Under the pieces are notes generated by a model. That model had not been told where the DNA came from, did not search any database, and worked only from the letters and a program-made list of their open reading frames with translations. Shown piece by piece: positions 9,969-21,987 of a DNA stretch of 64,000 nucleotides (positions are counted from its first letter, which is position 1; each line of letters starts with the position of its first letter). The translations under genes and the position numbers were made by a program. The DNA is from Scenedesmus sp. PABB004 (Eukaryota), in the NCBI GenBank assembly GCA_014905635.1, contig JABVCE010000018.1:248001-312000 (forward strand), written 5' to 3'.

Positions 9969-11470
9969 GGTGACGGCGGCGCGCCGCGACCGGCACGCCC
10001 TCGCGCGCAGCACGGCGCGGCGCGCGGCGCGGCCGCCAGCGCCTCGGCGCAGCTGCGCTGGGCGCGGCGCACCGTCGAAGCCCTCGATCGTGCCCTGACG
10101 CACCGCCACGTTGCGCAGCCCCGCCGCCGCGACGCGCTGGCGCAGCAGCGCCACTGCCGAGGGCTTCATGTCGACGCCGGCAAAGTCCCAGTTTGGCAGC
10201 AGGTGCGCGAGCGGGAGCAGGAGGCTGCCGCTGCCGCACCCGCACTCGAGCACGCGCAGCCGCGCGCCGCACGCGAGCGCCGGCGCCGCGAGCTGCAGCA
10301 GGAGCACCAGGAAGCTCTCGACCTGCACGCGCTTGCGCAGCGCGCGCGCGTTCATGCGGCCGCCGCTGTGCCCCGCGCGCACGACGTCGGCGTCCGCCAG
10401 CCGCCCGCCGATGGCCGGGTCGGCGACCGCCGGCAGCCGGCCCCAGTCGAGCAGCGCGGCGCCCAGGACAGCGTCGACGCACGGCGCGGGCGCGAGGCGG
10501 ATGGGCCCCCGCGCCGCCGCCGGCGGCGCGCGCGCGAGGCGCAGCAGCTGCTCGTGCCGGACCGCGTCGCGCAGCGGCGCCGGCGCTGCGGCCAGCAGCA
10601 CCGCGCAGCGCCCCGCCGCATCGTCGCCCGCGGGCAGCAGCGGCTGATAGCTCCCCAGAACGGCGCGCCCGCCCGGCGGCGGCAGCGCGCCCAGCAGCTG
10701 CTCCAGGCTGTCCACCTGCCGCCGCTGCGCGCGCTGCCGCTGTCGCCGGTTGTGCGCGCGCCGCGCCTCGGCCGCCGCCGCCGCCTCGCGCCGCGCGGCG
10801 CGCTCCGCCGGCGTCACTGCGGGGCGCGGCGCCGCGGAGCGCGCTCAGCGGCGCTCGGCGCGGCGGCCGCGCGCCCCCGCTGCCGCCCCCTCCCCCTCCC
10901 GTCAGCGCGCTCACACGTCAGCTCGGGGGGCCAGTGCGGCGGCAGCGCGCGCCGCGCGGGGCCGATCGCCGCGCCGGCGCCCCAGCCGGGGATGCGCGCG
11001 ATTTCAGCCGCCGCGGCCGCGAGCTCCGCCTCGGACGTAAACGCCAGCAGCGCGTGGCCCTTGTGCTGCCAGCCGGCCGCAAAGCGCGAGCGCTGCGCGT
11101 CGCTCGCAAACGGCGCGACCTCGATGCGCGCCGGCGGCGCGCGCGCGGCGGCGCAGGCGGCCGCGAGCTGCTGCGCCAGCGCCTCCGGCGGCGCGCGCCC
11201 GGGCAGGCCGCCCACGAACAGCACGCGGCCTGCCGCCGCTGGTGCTGGTGCTGCTCGGGCTGCTGGTGAGGCTGCTGCTGCTGCTGCTGCTGCTGCTGAC
11301 GCTCCTGCTGCTGCTGCTCCTGCTGCTGCTGCTGCTGCATCTGCTGCTGCTGCTGCTGATGCTGCTGCCCTCGCGGCATGGTGCGGGCGGTGGAGCCGCC
11401 GCAGCAGCGGTGCCGGCGGCGGCCGCGCGGCAGCGCACCGCAGCGGTCGCGGTGGGTCGCGGAGCAGCAT
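9302..11470 (-). CDS. GSTCD/Methyltransf_32-like methyltransferase with N-terminal RRM-like domain
   Basis: 3 exons: RVLFVGGLP...KGHALLAF (RNP2/RNP1-like); RKRVQVESF, VLECGCGSGSLLLPLA, GVDMK; DVVLALHACGGATD, VVSPCCIGKV, VELDR, TAKSDVLVG. Confidence 0.85.
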
Positions 11471-11638
11471 GGCAAAGCGCAGGTGGCGGCCGCGGGACTG
11501 CCTTTGGCGCCGAAGGGGCGGCGCAGCCTTCGCCGAACGTCGGCGGCGTCACGACGCCCGCCCGCCGAGCCGCTGCACGTCGTTGCCCCTGCCGTCACAC
11601 GCTTGCAACCTGCCTGTCGTCGAGGGTCGCGCACCACG
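11471..11638. promoter_or_regulatory. Probable compact bidirectional promoter
   Basis: Only 168 bp between divergent ATGs at 11470 (-) and 11639 (+). Confidence 0.45.
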
Positions 11639-13721
11639 ATGGGCGTACTGCACCAGCGGTGCGCCGCCCCGCCGCCGCCGGCGCTCGCGCCGGGTCGCCC
11701 TGCGCCGCTGGCCGTGCGTCGAGGAGCGGCGCCGACGCGCCTTGCCGGAGCTCTCGGCGCGACGCGGTCGAGCCAGCCCGCAGGTGGGGCGCGGCAGCAG
11801 CGGCGCCGCGTGCTCTCTCGCCGCAGCCCAGCCCTCTTGGCGCGTGGCCCGCCTGCCGCGCTCCCCTCATGCGCGGCGCGACGCCGCCGCTCACCACGCA
11901 GCGGAAGCGCCGGCGATCACGCAGCGGCGGTGGCGCTGCCGCGCTGCAGCTGCTGCGGCCGCGGCGGGCGCGCCGGACGACACGCCCGACGAGCGCGGCG
12001 TCACGTTCCTCGGCCGCGGCACGCGCCCGGGCGAGCGCCTGGTCGCTGACGGCCACGTGGTCATCAGCGGCGACGTGCACGCGTCGTCGTCCATCCGGGT
12101 GCGCTCCGGTGCGCGCCGCTCTCCCGCGCCCCCGGGGCGCGGCGACGCCGGCCGACCCGCCCGCGGCGCCCCCGCGCCCAGGCGGCCGGCAACGTGCTGG
12201 TGTGGGGCCGGCTGGCGGGCCACGTGCACGCGGGGTGCGAGGGCGACGCCGCCGCCACGATCGGCGCCCTGGAGCTGCGCGGCGCGAGCCTGACCATCGC
12301 CCGAGCGACCAGCCTGGCAGCCGCGCGGGTGCGGCCCGCCGAGCGTCAGGCGCGCGCCGCGCCCGCGCGCGGTGCGGCAGCCCGACCCCGCCGCCGCGGC
12401 CCGCGCCGCGGCCGCCGCAGGTGACGGTGCCCGGCCCGCACACCGCGCGCGCCGTGCCGGCGGGCCGCGCGCTCGCGGTGGCGCTGTCGCCGATGTGCGC
12501 CGAGCACCCGCCGCCCTCGCCGTCGGGCCTCGCGCGCGTGTTCAGCAGGCGCGGGCCGCGCCGCGCGCCGCCGCGCCGCGGCCGCGCCGCGAAGCCGCGC
12601 CCGCCCCGAGCCCCTCCGGCCGCGGGCCTCACACACCCCGTCCGTGCACATCGCCGCCGCCGCCGCCGCCGCCGCTGCTGTCGTCCCGGGGGCGCAGGTG
12701 GGTCACTTGGTACCCGGCCGCCGCCGCGGCGCTGGTCACGGGCGTGTACGCGATGCTGGGCGGCCTCTTCCTGTTGCTCGAGCCCACCGCGACGCTGGGT
12801 GGGCGGCGGCGGGCGGCGCGCACGCCCGCGCGGGCCCGCGCCGGCGGCGGCGGCGACGGGCTGACCGCGCGCCGCCCGCGCGCCGCCGCCGCCGCGCCGC
12901 GCCGCGCAGGGCTGCTCTTTGACGCCAGCCGCGTGCCGCCGGGCTGGATCCGCGTCGGCGGCGTCCTCTTTGCCGTCTTTGGCGCGCAGTACTTTGGCGC
13001 GGCGATGCTGGACTGGCGGCTCGCGCGCTCCAGCGGCCTGCCCGGCATGCCCTTCCGGCCGGCCAGCCCGCCGACCGTGCCGCGCGACGCTGGAGACGCG
13101 CAAGCCGGCGGCGGCGGCGGTGGCGGCGCTGGGAGCAGTGGCGGCGGCGCCGCCAGGAGCAGCGGCGGCAGCCTGGACGACGGCGGCGCAGCGGCGAGCA
13201 GCGGCGGCGGCGCGCCCGACCGGCCGCTGGAGATACACGCCGGCTACGTGCAGCAGCAGGGCGCGCCCAGGGCCAGGTCGCCGACCGCGCATGCGGCAGC
13301 CGGCGCCAGCTACGAGAGCCGCGACGACGCGGCGCTGCTGCTGCCTCAGCAGCAGCTGTCTCAGCAGCAGGCGCCTCAGCAGCAGGCGCCTCAGCAGGCG
13401 CAGCAGCCGGCGCGCGCGCCGCCGCTTCAGCTGCCGCCGGAGCCGCCGGGCGTGCCCGGGGCCAGCTGGTGGCGCAGCAGCGTGGGGTTTTACGAGGCGA
13501 CCGTGTGGACGCGCGCCGCGCTCGCCGCGGCGTTTGTGCTGCTCGTGGCGGCGGGCCAGGTCGGCCCGGGGCTGCTCGTGCTGGCAGCGGTCAACGCGTT
13601 TGGCGCGGCCAGCATGGCTGCCGCCCTGCGCCGCCAGTGGCTCATCCACTGCATGGGAGAGCTGCCGGGGAGCGCCTGGGAGCACCCGCTGCCGGCGGTG
13701 CTCGCGGTGTTCGGCTGCTGA
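11639..13721 (+). CDS. minC: Plastid-targeted MinC C-terminal-domain protein fused to a multi-pass membrane domain
   Basis: Spliced exons read GTRPGERLVADGHVVISGDVHASSSIR|AAGNVLVWGRLAGHVHAGCEGDAAATIGALELRGASLTIA (MinC_C beta-helix pattern), then TM segments GVYAMLGGLFLLL, WIRVGGVLFAVFGAQY, FYEATVWTRAALAAAF, LLVLAAVNAFGAASM. Confidence 0.8.
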
Positions 13722-14034
13722 CGCGTGCGGTGCAAGACCGGCCCGCCGCCTGCGTGTGCCAACCCGCTCCTCGCTGGCCTGCGTCTGCCAACCCGCCAGC
13801 CGTCATCATCTTCGCTTCGCTCCTCTAACGCTCACACCGTCACCGGCAGCGGGTGCCTGCAGCCAGCGAGCGCCGGCGCGCGCAGAACCCAGGGGCGGCC
13901 CGGACCGCCGCCGCCGCGGACGCCCCAACCAGCCCGCCGCGCCCGCGCGCCATCTGATTGTTGTCCGCACCTTAGGCGCACACTCGCGACCATCCAGGAC
14001 AGCTCCGGCGCGCCTGCCGCCCATCCAGCGCGCG

Positions 14035-15766
14035 ATGGCCACACCATCATCGCTCACCTCGCGGCGAGCAGGCGTCCAATTGGGCGCCCCGGCCCGCGTG
14101 CGGCGAGGCGTGCGCTGTGCGGTCGCGCCGGGCGGCGGCGTGCCGGAAGCGCTGGCGCACGCGCGCGCGCCGGCCCCGCCTGCTGCTGGCCGCACCATCC
14201 TGGCGGAGCTGGCGGAGGCGGCCTGCTGCAGCGGCAGCCAGGTCGCCTCCGCCACGTCGCCGCCGGGCGGCCCTCTGGGCGGCGGGCTGGCGCCGTGGGC
14301 GCTCGGCGCGGGCGCGGCGGTCGCGGCGGCGCTCGCGCTCAAACGTGTGTACGACACGCCCAGCCGCGCCTACGACGGCAACGTCGGCGACGAGTACGAC
14401 GCCTGGACGGAGGAGGGCATCCTGGAGCACTACTGGGGCGAGCACATCCACCTGGGCTATTACACCGAGGCCGAGCGCGCGGCCGGGTGGTGGCGCGCCG
14501 ACTTCAAGGCCGCCAAGCTCCGCTTCACGCAGGAGATGTTCCGCTTCTCCCGCGCGGCCGCGCCCAAGCGCATCCTCGACGTCGGCTGCGGCTTTGGCGG
14601 CAGCAGCCGCTGGCTCGCGGCGCAGTTCCCGGACGCAGAGGTCGTCGGTGCGCGCCGCCCGCGCGCGGCGTGCCGCCACCGCGCGGGCGCGGCGCCTCGC
14701 GCGCCAGCGCCCGCGCCCGTGGCGGCGGCCCCCACCTCACCTGCGCCCGCGCCCGCGCCGCCTCCAGGCATTACGCTGTCGCCGAAGCAGGTCGCGCGCG
14801 GCACGCAGCTGGCGGCGGAGCGGGGGCTCACCAACGTCCAGTTCAAGGCGCGCCGCCGGCGGTGCAGCTCGCCCGCCAGCCCTGGCGCGCCCTGCCGGCG
14901 CGCAGCGCCTGCCCGCCCGCCCGCGGCGCCATGACCTACCTCGCTGCCCGCCCGGGCATGGCGCGGCGCAGGTCATGGACGCGCTGGCCATGGAGTTTGC
15001 CGACGACTCGTTTGACCTCGTGTGGGCGTGCGAGAGCGGGGAGCACATGCCGGACAAGCGCGCGTACGTGGAGGAGATGGCGCGCGTGCTCGCGCCCGGC
15101 GGCCAGGTGCGCCGCCGCGGCAGCCGCGGCCAGGCGCGCAGGCGCGGCCGCCGTCGCGCCGCGGCCGCCGACCGACGGCCGCGCGCGCGGCGCGGCGCGC
15201 GCAGATGGTGATCGCGTGCTGGTGCCAGCGCGAGGCGGGCGTGGGCGGCGCGCCGCCGCTGAGCGACGCGGAGCAGCGCGAGCTCAACTTTCTGTATGAG
15301 GAGTGGGCGCACCCCTACTTCATAAGCATGCAGGAGTTTTGCCGCCTCATGTCGGTGCGTCGCGCGCGGCCAGGGCGCGGCCAGGGCGCGGCCGGCCGGC
15401 TGTCGCCGCGCGCGCGCCCACAGCTCTGCGCGCTGCCGCCGCCGCCGCCCGCGGGCGCAGGGCAGGGGCAAGCTGGAGGCGGTCGAGGCGGAGGACTGGA
15501 CGCCGCAGACGATCGACAGCTGGCGGCACAGCAACCTCGTGGGCGTGCTCGACCCCTGGTTCGTTGTGTTGAAGTGGAACCCGGCGCTCTGGTACAAGGT
15601 CACGCGCGAGATCGTGACGCTCGAGCGCATGCACCAGGCCTTCGCCAAGGGGCTCATGCAGTACGGGCTCATGCGGGGCACCAAGCCGCCCGCGCCGGCG
15701 GCCGCGGCCGGCACGGCGGGCGCGAGCGCGGCGGGCGCGGCCGCGGCCGCGGGCGCGAGCGCGTGA
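14035..15766 (+). CDS. Cyanobacterial-type MPBQ/MSBQ (tocopherol/plastoquinone pathway) methyltransferase, plastid-targeted
   Basis: YDAWTEEGILEHYWGEHIHLGYY, ILDVGCGFGGSSR, GITLSPKQV, FDLVWACESGEHMPDK, EEMARVLAPGG, FLYEEWAHPYF; 5 exons. Confidence 0.88.
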
Positions 15767-16554
15767 GGCGGCGGCGGCGCGAGCGGTAACGGCGTCACGC
15801 CTTACGTCGGCGTGCTCAGCGGCAGAGACCGCGCCCGCGCCGCCGCGCGGGCCCCGCCGGTGCGCCGCGGCGGTCTTGCGCGCCGCACCGCGGCGCCGCG
15901 CCGCCGGGTCGCCGCTCCCTGCTCGCGGGTCGCCACTCCACGCGCGCATTCAGGTGGCGGGCGGTCCAGCGGGCCAGGCCGCGGCGTGAGCGGCCGGCGA
16001 GCTCTCGGGAGGTCCGCCCGCACATCGCGCTCGTCCAATCCAACGCCGCCGTGCTGCCCTCGGCTTTCAGGCGCCAGATCACTGCCTCAGCGGCATCGTG
16101 GAGGCGCCGGGCGCGCTGCTGGTGCGCGCCTGCGCCGCGCCACCGCCCGCCTGCGGCGCGCGCGGACGGCCAGTGCGCGCGTGCACCGGCCAGGCGGGGT
16201 CCAATTGGCCCTCGCCGCGGCGCCTGGAGCCCGCTTTCCGGCGGCAGCCGGGAACGGCGTGGCTCCTGCGCGCCCAGGGCTCGAGCAGGCAGCCGGATTC
16301 ACGGCGCAGCAGGCCCCGGACGCGTGGCACCGCGAGCAGCCCGCGGCGGCGCTGCCGGCCGCGCCGCGCCGCCGCCGCCGTGGCGCCGCTGCTGCGCGGC
16401 CCCGCTGCGGCGGCGCCCGGCCCGCCTCAACCCCGCCCCGCCGCACCCCTGCCCCCGCACTGCCGCAGGCGCACGCGCCGTAGCTGCGGCGCGGCCGCAG
16501 GCCGCCAGCGCGGGGGCCGCCGCGCGCGGGCGGGCGCGGCAGGCGGCAGGCAGC

Positions 16555-17165
16555 ATGGGCCAGGGCGCCAGCAAGGAGGACGGCGCCGGCGATCAGGCCG
16601 CAGCGGCGGCGGCGCGCGACGAGGCCAAGGCTGGCCTGGCGAGCTGGAAGAGGCTGGGGCGCGGGCGGCCGAGCAGCGAGTGAGCCAGCGGCGCTGGCCG
16701 CCGCGCCGTGCGCGCGCGCTGCGCGGCCGCGCGGGCGCGCCGCCGACCGCCGCCGTGCCTCGCAGGTCCCGCAGCAGCTGCAGCAGTGGCGACGTACGGC
16801 AGCTGAAGGCCGCCGATGGCTCAGGTGTGTCTGTGTTTTGGGGGTGGGGCACCGGCGCGACGTGTCGCGCCCGCTAGTGCACGCCTGCGCACCTGCTGAT
16901 GCGCGCCCGCCCCGCACGCCGCGTCACGCAGCGGGCCGCGCCAGCCAGCAGGGCGCTGGGGGCCGGGCGGCAAGGGGCCGCAGCCGAGCGCGCTGCCGCC
17001 GCGGGCGCCGACCGGTCAGGCGGGCTTTGTCAGCAGCAGCAGCAGCAGCGAGGGCAGTTCGCGCCCGGGGCGCAGCCTCGATGTGGCACCGGCTGGCTGC
17101 GCGACAGAGCAGGTGGCACAGGCGGCGATGCAGCAGCAGGCAATGCAGCAGCAGCAGCAGCAGCA

Positions 17166-17206
<41 letters not shown>

Positions 17207-17207
17207 C

Positions 17208-17243
<36 letters not shown>

Positions 17244-20200
17244 GCAGCAGCCGCCCCAGCCGCCCAAGCCGCCGCGCTCGGTGACGGGGCGCGGCAGCGG
17301 CCAGGGCGCTGCGCGGCCGGTGCTGCGGCCACTGGAGGCGCGCGCCGGCTCAGTGACGAGCCTGGGCAGCACGGGCAGCCTGGAGGCCGCCAGCACCGGC
17401 CGCGCCTCGTTCAGCCGCGACGGCGCGCTGGGCGACGTCGCGGTGGCGCACAGCAGCAGCCTGTACGGCGGCAGTGGCGGCGCAGGCAGCTCGGGCAGCG
17501 GGGCCGCCGACGCCCTTGCCAAGCACGTGGCGCGCAGCGGCAGCGGCAGCGGCGGCGGCGGCGGCGGCGGCGGCGCCGCCGTCACGCGCGCGAGCATGGA
17601 GAGCTGCGGCAGCGCGGGCGGGCGCAGCGTGCGCAGCGCGCGCAGCAGCTTTGCGGCCGAGGCCGACCCCGGCCCGCTCGACGACTATGGGCGGCCCAGC
17701 TTTGCGCCGTTTGAGGCGCTGGCGCGCCCCGGCGCGGGCCGCGGCGCCGTGTTTGAGGCGTCGCTGCCGCCCGACCTCGCCGAGATGTACCGCCGCCTCG
17801 CGGTGCTGCTGCCGGGCGCGCCGATCCCGCTGGTCACGGTGCTGCAGCTCTGGGGCGTGACCGACCCGCGCGAGGCGCAGGAGAGCGTGCGCATCTTTGT
17901 GATGCAGGGCGTGCTCAAGGTCGCGACGCTGCCGGACGGCGCGACGTGGCTCATGGTCTCGCCCGACCACCAGCAGTTTGTCCTGGTGCGCGCGTGCGCG
18001 CATCCACACGCGCCGCGCGGGCGCGGGGCGTCCGCGCGCGCGCGCGCCGCCGCCGCCGCCGCCGCGCCCGCCGCCGCCGCCGCCGCGGCCCACGCCGCCG
18101 CCGCCGCGCCGCCGCACACAGGCGGACCACCCCGAGGCGGTGCGCGAGTGGCACTCGGCGGTGCTGGAGATCTACAGCCGCCAGGTCATCGCCGCCCGCT
18201 ACGTCGCGGCGACGGCGGCGGGTGGCGCGCCCGAGCCGGCCGCGCTCGACCCGCGCGACGTGTCGCCGGCCCAGTTTGCCAACGACGGCTACGTGTGGCT
18301 CGCGCTCACGCACCACCTGCTCGGCGCGGGGCGGCTCGGCGACGTGCGTGCGCTGCTCGTCGACCCGGCGTGGCTCGAGGTCAAGCTGCACTGCTACGGC
18401 GTCGCGGCGGTGGTGGAGGACTTTCGCGCCTACCTCCAGGCGCGCGCGCGTGCACACCCGCGGAGGGAGGGGGGCGCTTGGGCCGCGAGCGGGCCCCTCT
18501 GATCCGCGCCGCCGGGCGTGGCGGCGCATTGCCGGGCCGCCGACCGCGGCTGCGCGCCGCTGTCCGCGCGCGCCGCAGGTGTGCGGCGACCTCACGGTCA
18601 AGGCGGTGCTGCAGGCCTTCCAGATGAGCCTGCCCTGCTGCATGGAGCGCAGCCACCTGCCCATGATGCGCCACCAGCTCATCTTGCGCCTCATGGCCGC
18701 CGCGGCCGCGGCGGCGCGCGCGGCGCGCGACGCGCCCGACCCCGCCGGCGGCAGCGGCGGCAGCGGCGGCGCGGCCTGGCGCGGCGGCGGCGCCGGCGGC
18801 GGCCGCGGCGCGGGCAGCAGCGACAGCGCGGCGGGCGGGCTGCCCAGCGGCGCGGCGCGGCGCGCGTACGACCGCGAGATGCCCGCCTGGTTTGCGGCGC
18901 AGTACGGCGCCGCGCGCGCCGCCGCGTCGCTGCCCGCGCCGTCCCCGCCGTCGGGCGCGGCCCCCGACGCCGCGGGTGCGGGTGCCGCGGCCGTGGCACC
19001 GCACCTGCTCGGCTACACGCCAAGCCTGCGCCAGGCGGGCGGGCGGCACCGCATGGCGCTGCGCGGGCACGCGGGGCCCATCCGGACGGTCGTCATCACG
19101 CCCGACGGCAAGGACGTGCTCACCGCCTCGGACGACGGCGGCGTGCAGGTGCGGGGCGCGTGGCGGGCGGGCGCGCGCGGGCCCTCGGTCAGCGCGGGCG
19201 CCGCGCGGGCCGCCGACGCGGGGGCCGCCGACCGCGCCGCCGCGGCGCGGCGCGCAGGTGTGGGACATGGACATCGGGGACTGCGTGATGCAGCTGCACC
19301 CACCCGACGCGGCGGCGCCCGCGCCGCTCACGTGCCTCGCCGTCGCGGCCGACGGCGTGTGCTGCCTCTCGGCCGACGCCGAGGGCTGGCTGAGCTGCTG
19401 GAGCCTCAAGTCGGGGCAGCTGATGCACCGCGTGCGCGCGCACGTCGGGCGAGTGTCGGCGCTGGCGCTGGACGCGGGCGGCGCGCGCTGCCTGACGGGC
19501 GGCCAGGACTGCGCCGCCAAGCTCTGGTCCCTGCCCGCCGCCGCGCCCACTGGCGGCGGCCTGGCGGGCGCGCTGGCTCTTGAGGCAGAGCTGGGCGGGC
19601 TCAACGCGGAGCACGCCGCCGGGGCGGTGCTCGACGTCGCGCTCAGCAGCGACGGCGCGCTCGGCGCCACGGGTGCGCGCGCCGGCCGCGCCGCTGCACC
19701 GCTACGCCGCCGCGCCGCGTCGGCCCCGCGCCCCTGCCTCGCTGCGGCCCCACGCCCGCGCCGCCGCCGCCGTGCCCCGGGTGCGCAGTGGGTGACGACA
19801 TGCTGGTGAAAGTGTGGGACCTGGCGCTGCAGCGCTGCATCCAGGTCTGCCGCGGCCACACCGGCTGGGTGGTGTCGGTGCGGGTGAGTGCGAACGCGCG
19901 CGCGGCGGCGGGGCGGCGGCCGGTGGCGGCGCGGGTGGGGCCCGCTTGACGCAGCGCGCCCGCGAGCTGCCGGGACGCGTCCGTGTCCCGCCCGGCCGCA
20001 GTTTATCGGCTCGACCTGCAACCTGGTGACTGCATCGCACGACGGCACCGCGCGCGCGTGGGACGGCTGGTCGGGGGAGTGCCTCGGCACGCTGCTGGGG
20101 CACGACGGCCGGGTCAACGCGGTGCGCACGAGCGCCGACGGCCGCACCGTGGTGACGTGCAGCGACGACCAGACGGCGCGCGTGTGGGAGACGCGCGACT

Positions 20201-21987
20201 TGACCTGCGTGGGGTGCGCACCTGCGTGGGGCGCACCCGCGGGCCGCGGGCCGCGTCGCGCCTCGCGCGACCGCGAGGCTCTGCCGCTCACCGCCGCGCC
20301 GCACGCCCGCGCTTGCTGCCGCAGCGTGCTGCGCGGCCACTCGAGCTGGGTGAACGACGTGGCGCTTGCGCGCGGCGGCTCGCAGGCCGTGACCGTCAGC
20401 GGCGACGGCAGCGCGCGGCTGTGGGACACCGCGAGCGGGCGGTGCCTGCAGGCGCTGACGGGGCACAGTGACGACGTGACGTGCGTCGTGCTCACCACGC
20501 GCGGGCGCTTTGCCGTGACGGGCAGCGTCGACGGCACCGCGCAGGTCTGGGACCTCGCGGCTGAGGACATGGCCTCCGCCGACACCCACGCTGGCAAGGT
20601 GATCGCCGTGGCGGCCGACCCCGCCGGCGCGCACGCCGCGTCGGTCGGCACCGACGGCCGGCTGCGCGTGTGGAGCGTGGCGAGCGGCGCCTGCCTAAGC
20701 GACCAGCCGGGGCACCTGGTGGCCGTGCCCAACTGCCTCGCCGTCTCTCTCGACGGCACGCGCGCATTCACGGCCGGCGGCGACCGCAAGCTGCTGGCCT
20801 GGGATCTGCAGGTGCGGCGGCGCCGCCCGCAGGCGCTGCCACGCCGCGCCCCGCTCGCCGCGCCCGCCCCCGCGCGCGCCCGCCGACGCCGCCGCCGCGC
20901 CGCGCCGCGCCGCGCCGCGCCGCGCCGCGCCGCGCCGCGCGCGCGCAGAGCGGCGCGCCCAGCATCCTGCTGCCGGCGCAGCAGGGCAGCCGCGCCAAGT
21001 GCGTGGCCGTGAGCGCCGACGGCTCCACCGCGGTGTGCCTCCTCTTTGACAGCAGCATCGCTGTGCATGACACCGACGGCGGCACCCTGCGCGCTGCGCT
21101 CATGCAGCGCGGCGAGCGCGACCCGCAGCGCGTGCACTCGGGCGGCGTCAACGCGGTGCTGCTCACCGCCGACGGCCGCCGCGTGCTGAGCGTGAGCAAG
21201 GACGCAACCGCGCGGCTGTGGGACACGTGCACGGGCGCGTGCTTGCTGGTGCTGCAGGTGCGCGCGCGCCCCGGGCCGATGCCGCCGCCGCGCCCGGAGC
21301 AGCAGCCCGCCGCCTGCCGCCCCGCGCGCCGCCGCGCTCTTCCCTGTTGACGCCGCGCGTCGCCGCGCGTCGCCGCAGGGCCATGAGGACAGCGTGCACG
21401 CCGGCGCGTTCAGCGGCGACGAGCGCCTCATTGCCACGGCCAGCTTTGACTGCACCGTGCGGGTCTGGGACGCCGCGAGCGGCACGTGCCTGAAGGTGCT
21501 GCAGCACGCGGACGCCGTCACGCGCGTGTCGTTCGGGCCCGCCCCGCGCGGCGGCAGCGGCGCCGGCGAGCGGCTCGTCACGGGCTGCGACGGCCGCGCG
21601 CTGTGGCTGTGGGACGCCGACAGCGGCGCCTGCCTCGCCGCGCTGGCGCAGCACAAGGAGGCGGTCAGCGCCACGGCGTTCAGCCCCGACGGCCGCTGGC
21701 TGGCCAGCGCGAGCCAGGACCGCAGCGTGCTCGTGTGGGATGCCGCCAGCGGGCGCCTCGCGGGGCTGTATGTCGGCGACTCAGCGATGACCAGCGTCGC
21801 GTTCGCGCCGCGCCCCGCCCGCGGCGAGGCCGGCGGCGGCGCGGCCGACGGCGCCGACGCGCGCGGCGAGGCGGGCGGCGCCGACGGCGCCGGCGCGCCG
21901 CCGGGCGTGGTCGCGCCCGCGCCGGGCGGGCTCACGCTGGTCGCCGGCGACGCGGGCGGGGCCGTGCACTTCATCGATTGCCTGTGA
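16555..21987 (+). CDS. Myristoylation-motif protein with APAF1-like winged-helix/helical domains and a long WD40 array
   Basis: MGQGAS start; polyQ; YRRLAVLLPGAPIPLVTVLQLW; DGYVWLALTHHL...LLVDPAWLEVKLHCYGVAAVVEDF; more than 12 GH...WD repeats (LRGHAGPIRTV, LLGHDGRVNAV, LRGHSSWVNDV, LTGHSDDVTCV). One 1-nt correction needed at ~16960. Confidence 0.85.
17131..17241 (+). repeat. (CAG)n microsatellite encoding polyQ
   Basis: Interrupted CAG run inside the WD40 gene; similar CTG/CAG runs at 5714-5757 and 11271-11367. Confidence 0.9.

Noticed and set aside
11639..15766. Bacterial contamination or operon (minC plus cyanobacterial-type methyltransferase)
   Set aside because: Both genes have spliceosomal introns, transit-peptide-like N-termini and host codon usage; consistent with endosymbiotic origin.
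15770..16554. Possible extra gene between the methyltransferase and WD40 genes
   Set aside because: No recognisable domain or consistent codon bias; likely UTR and promoter.
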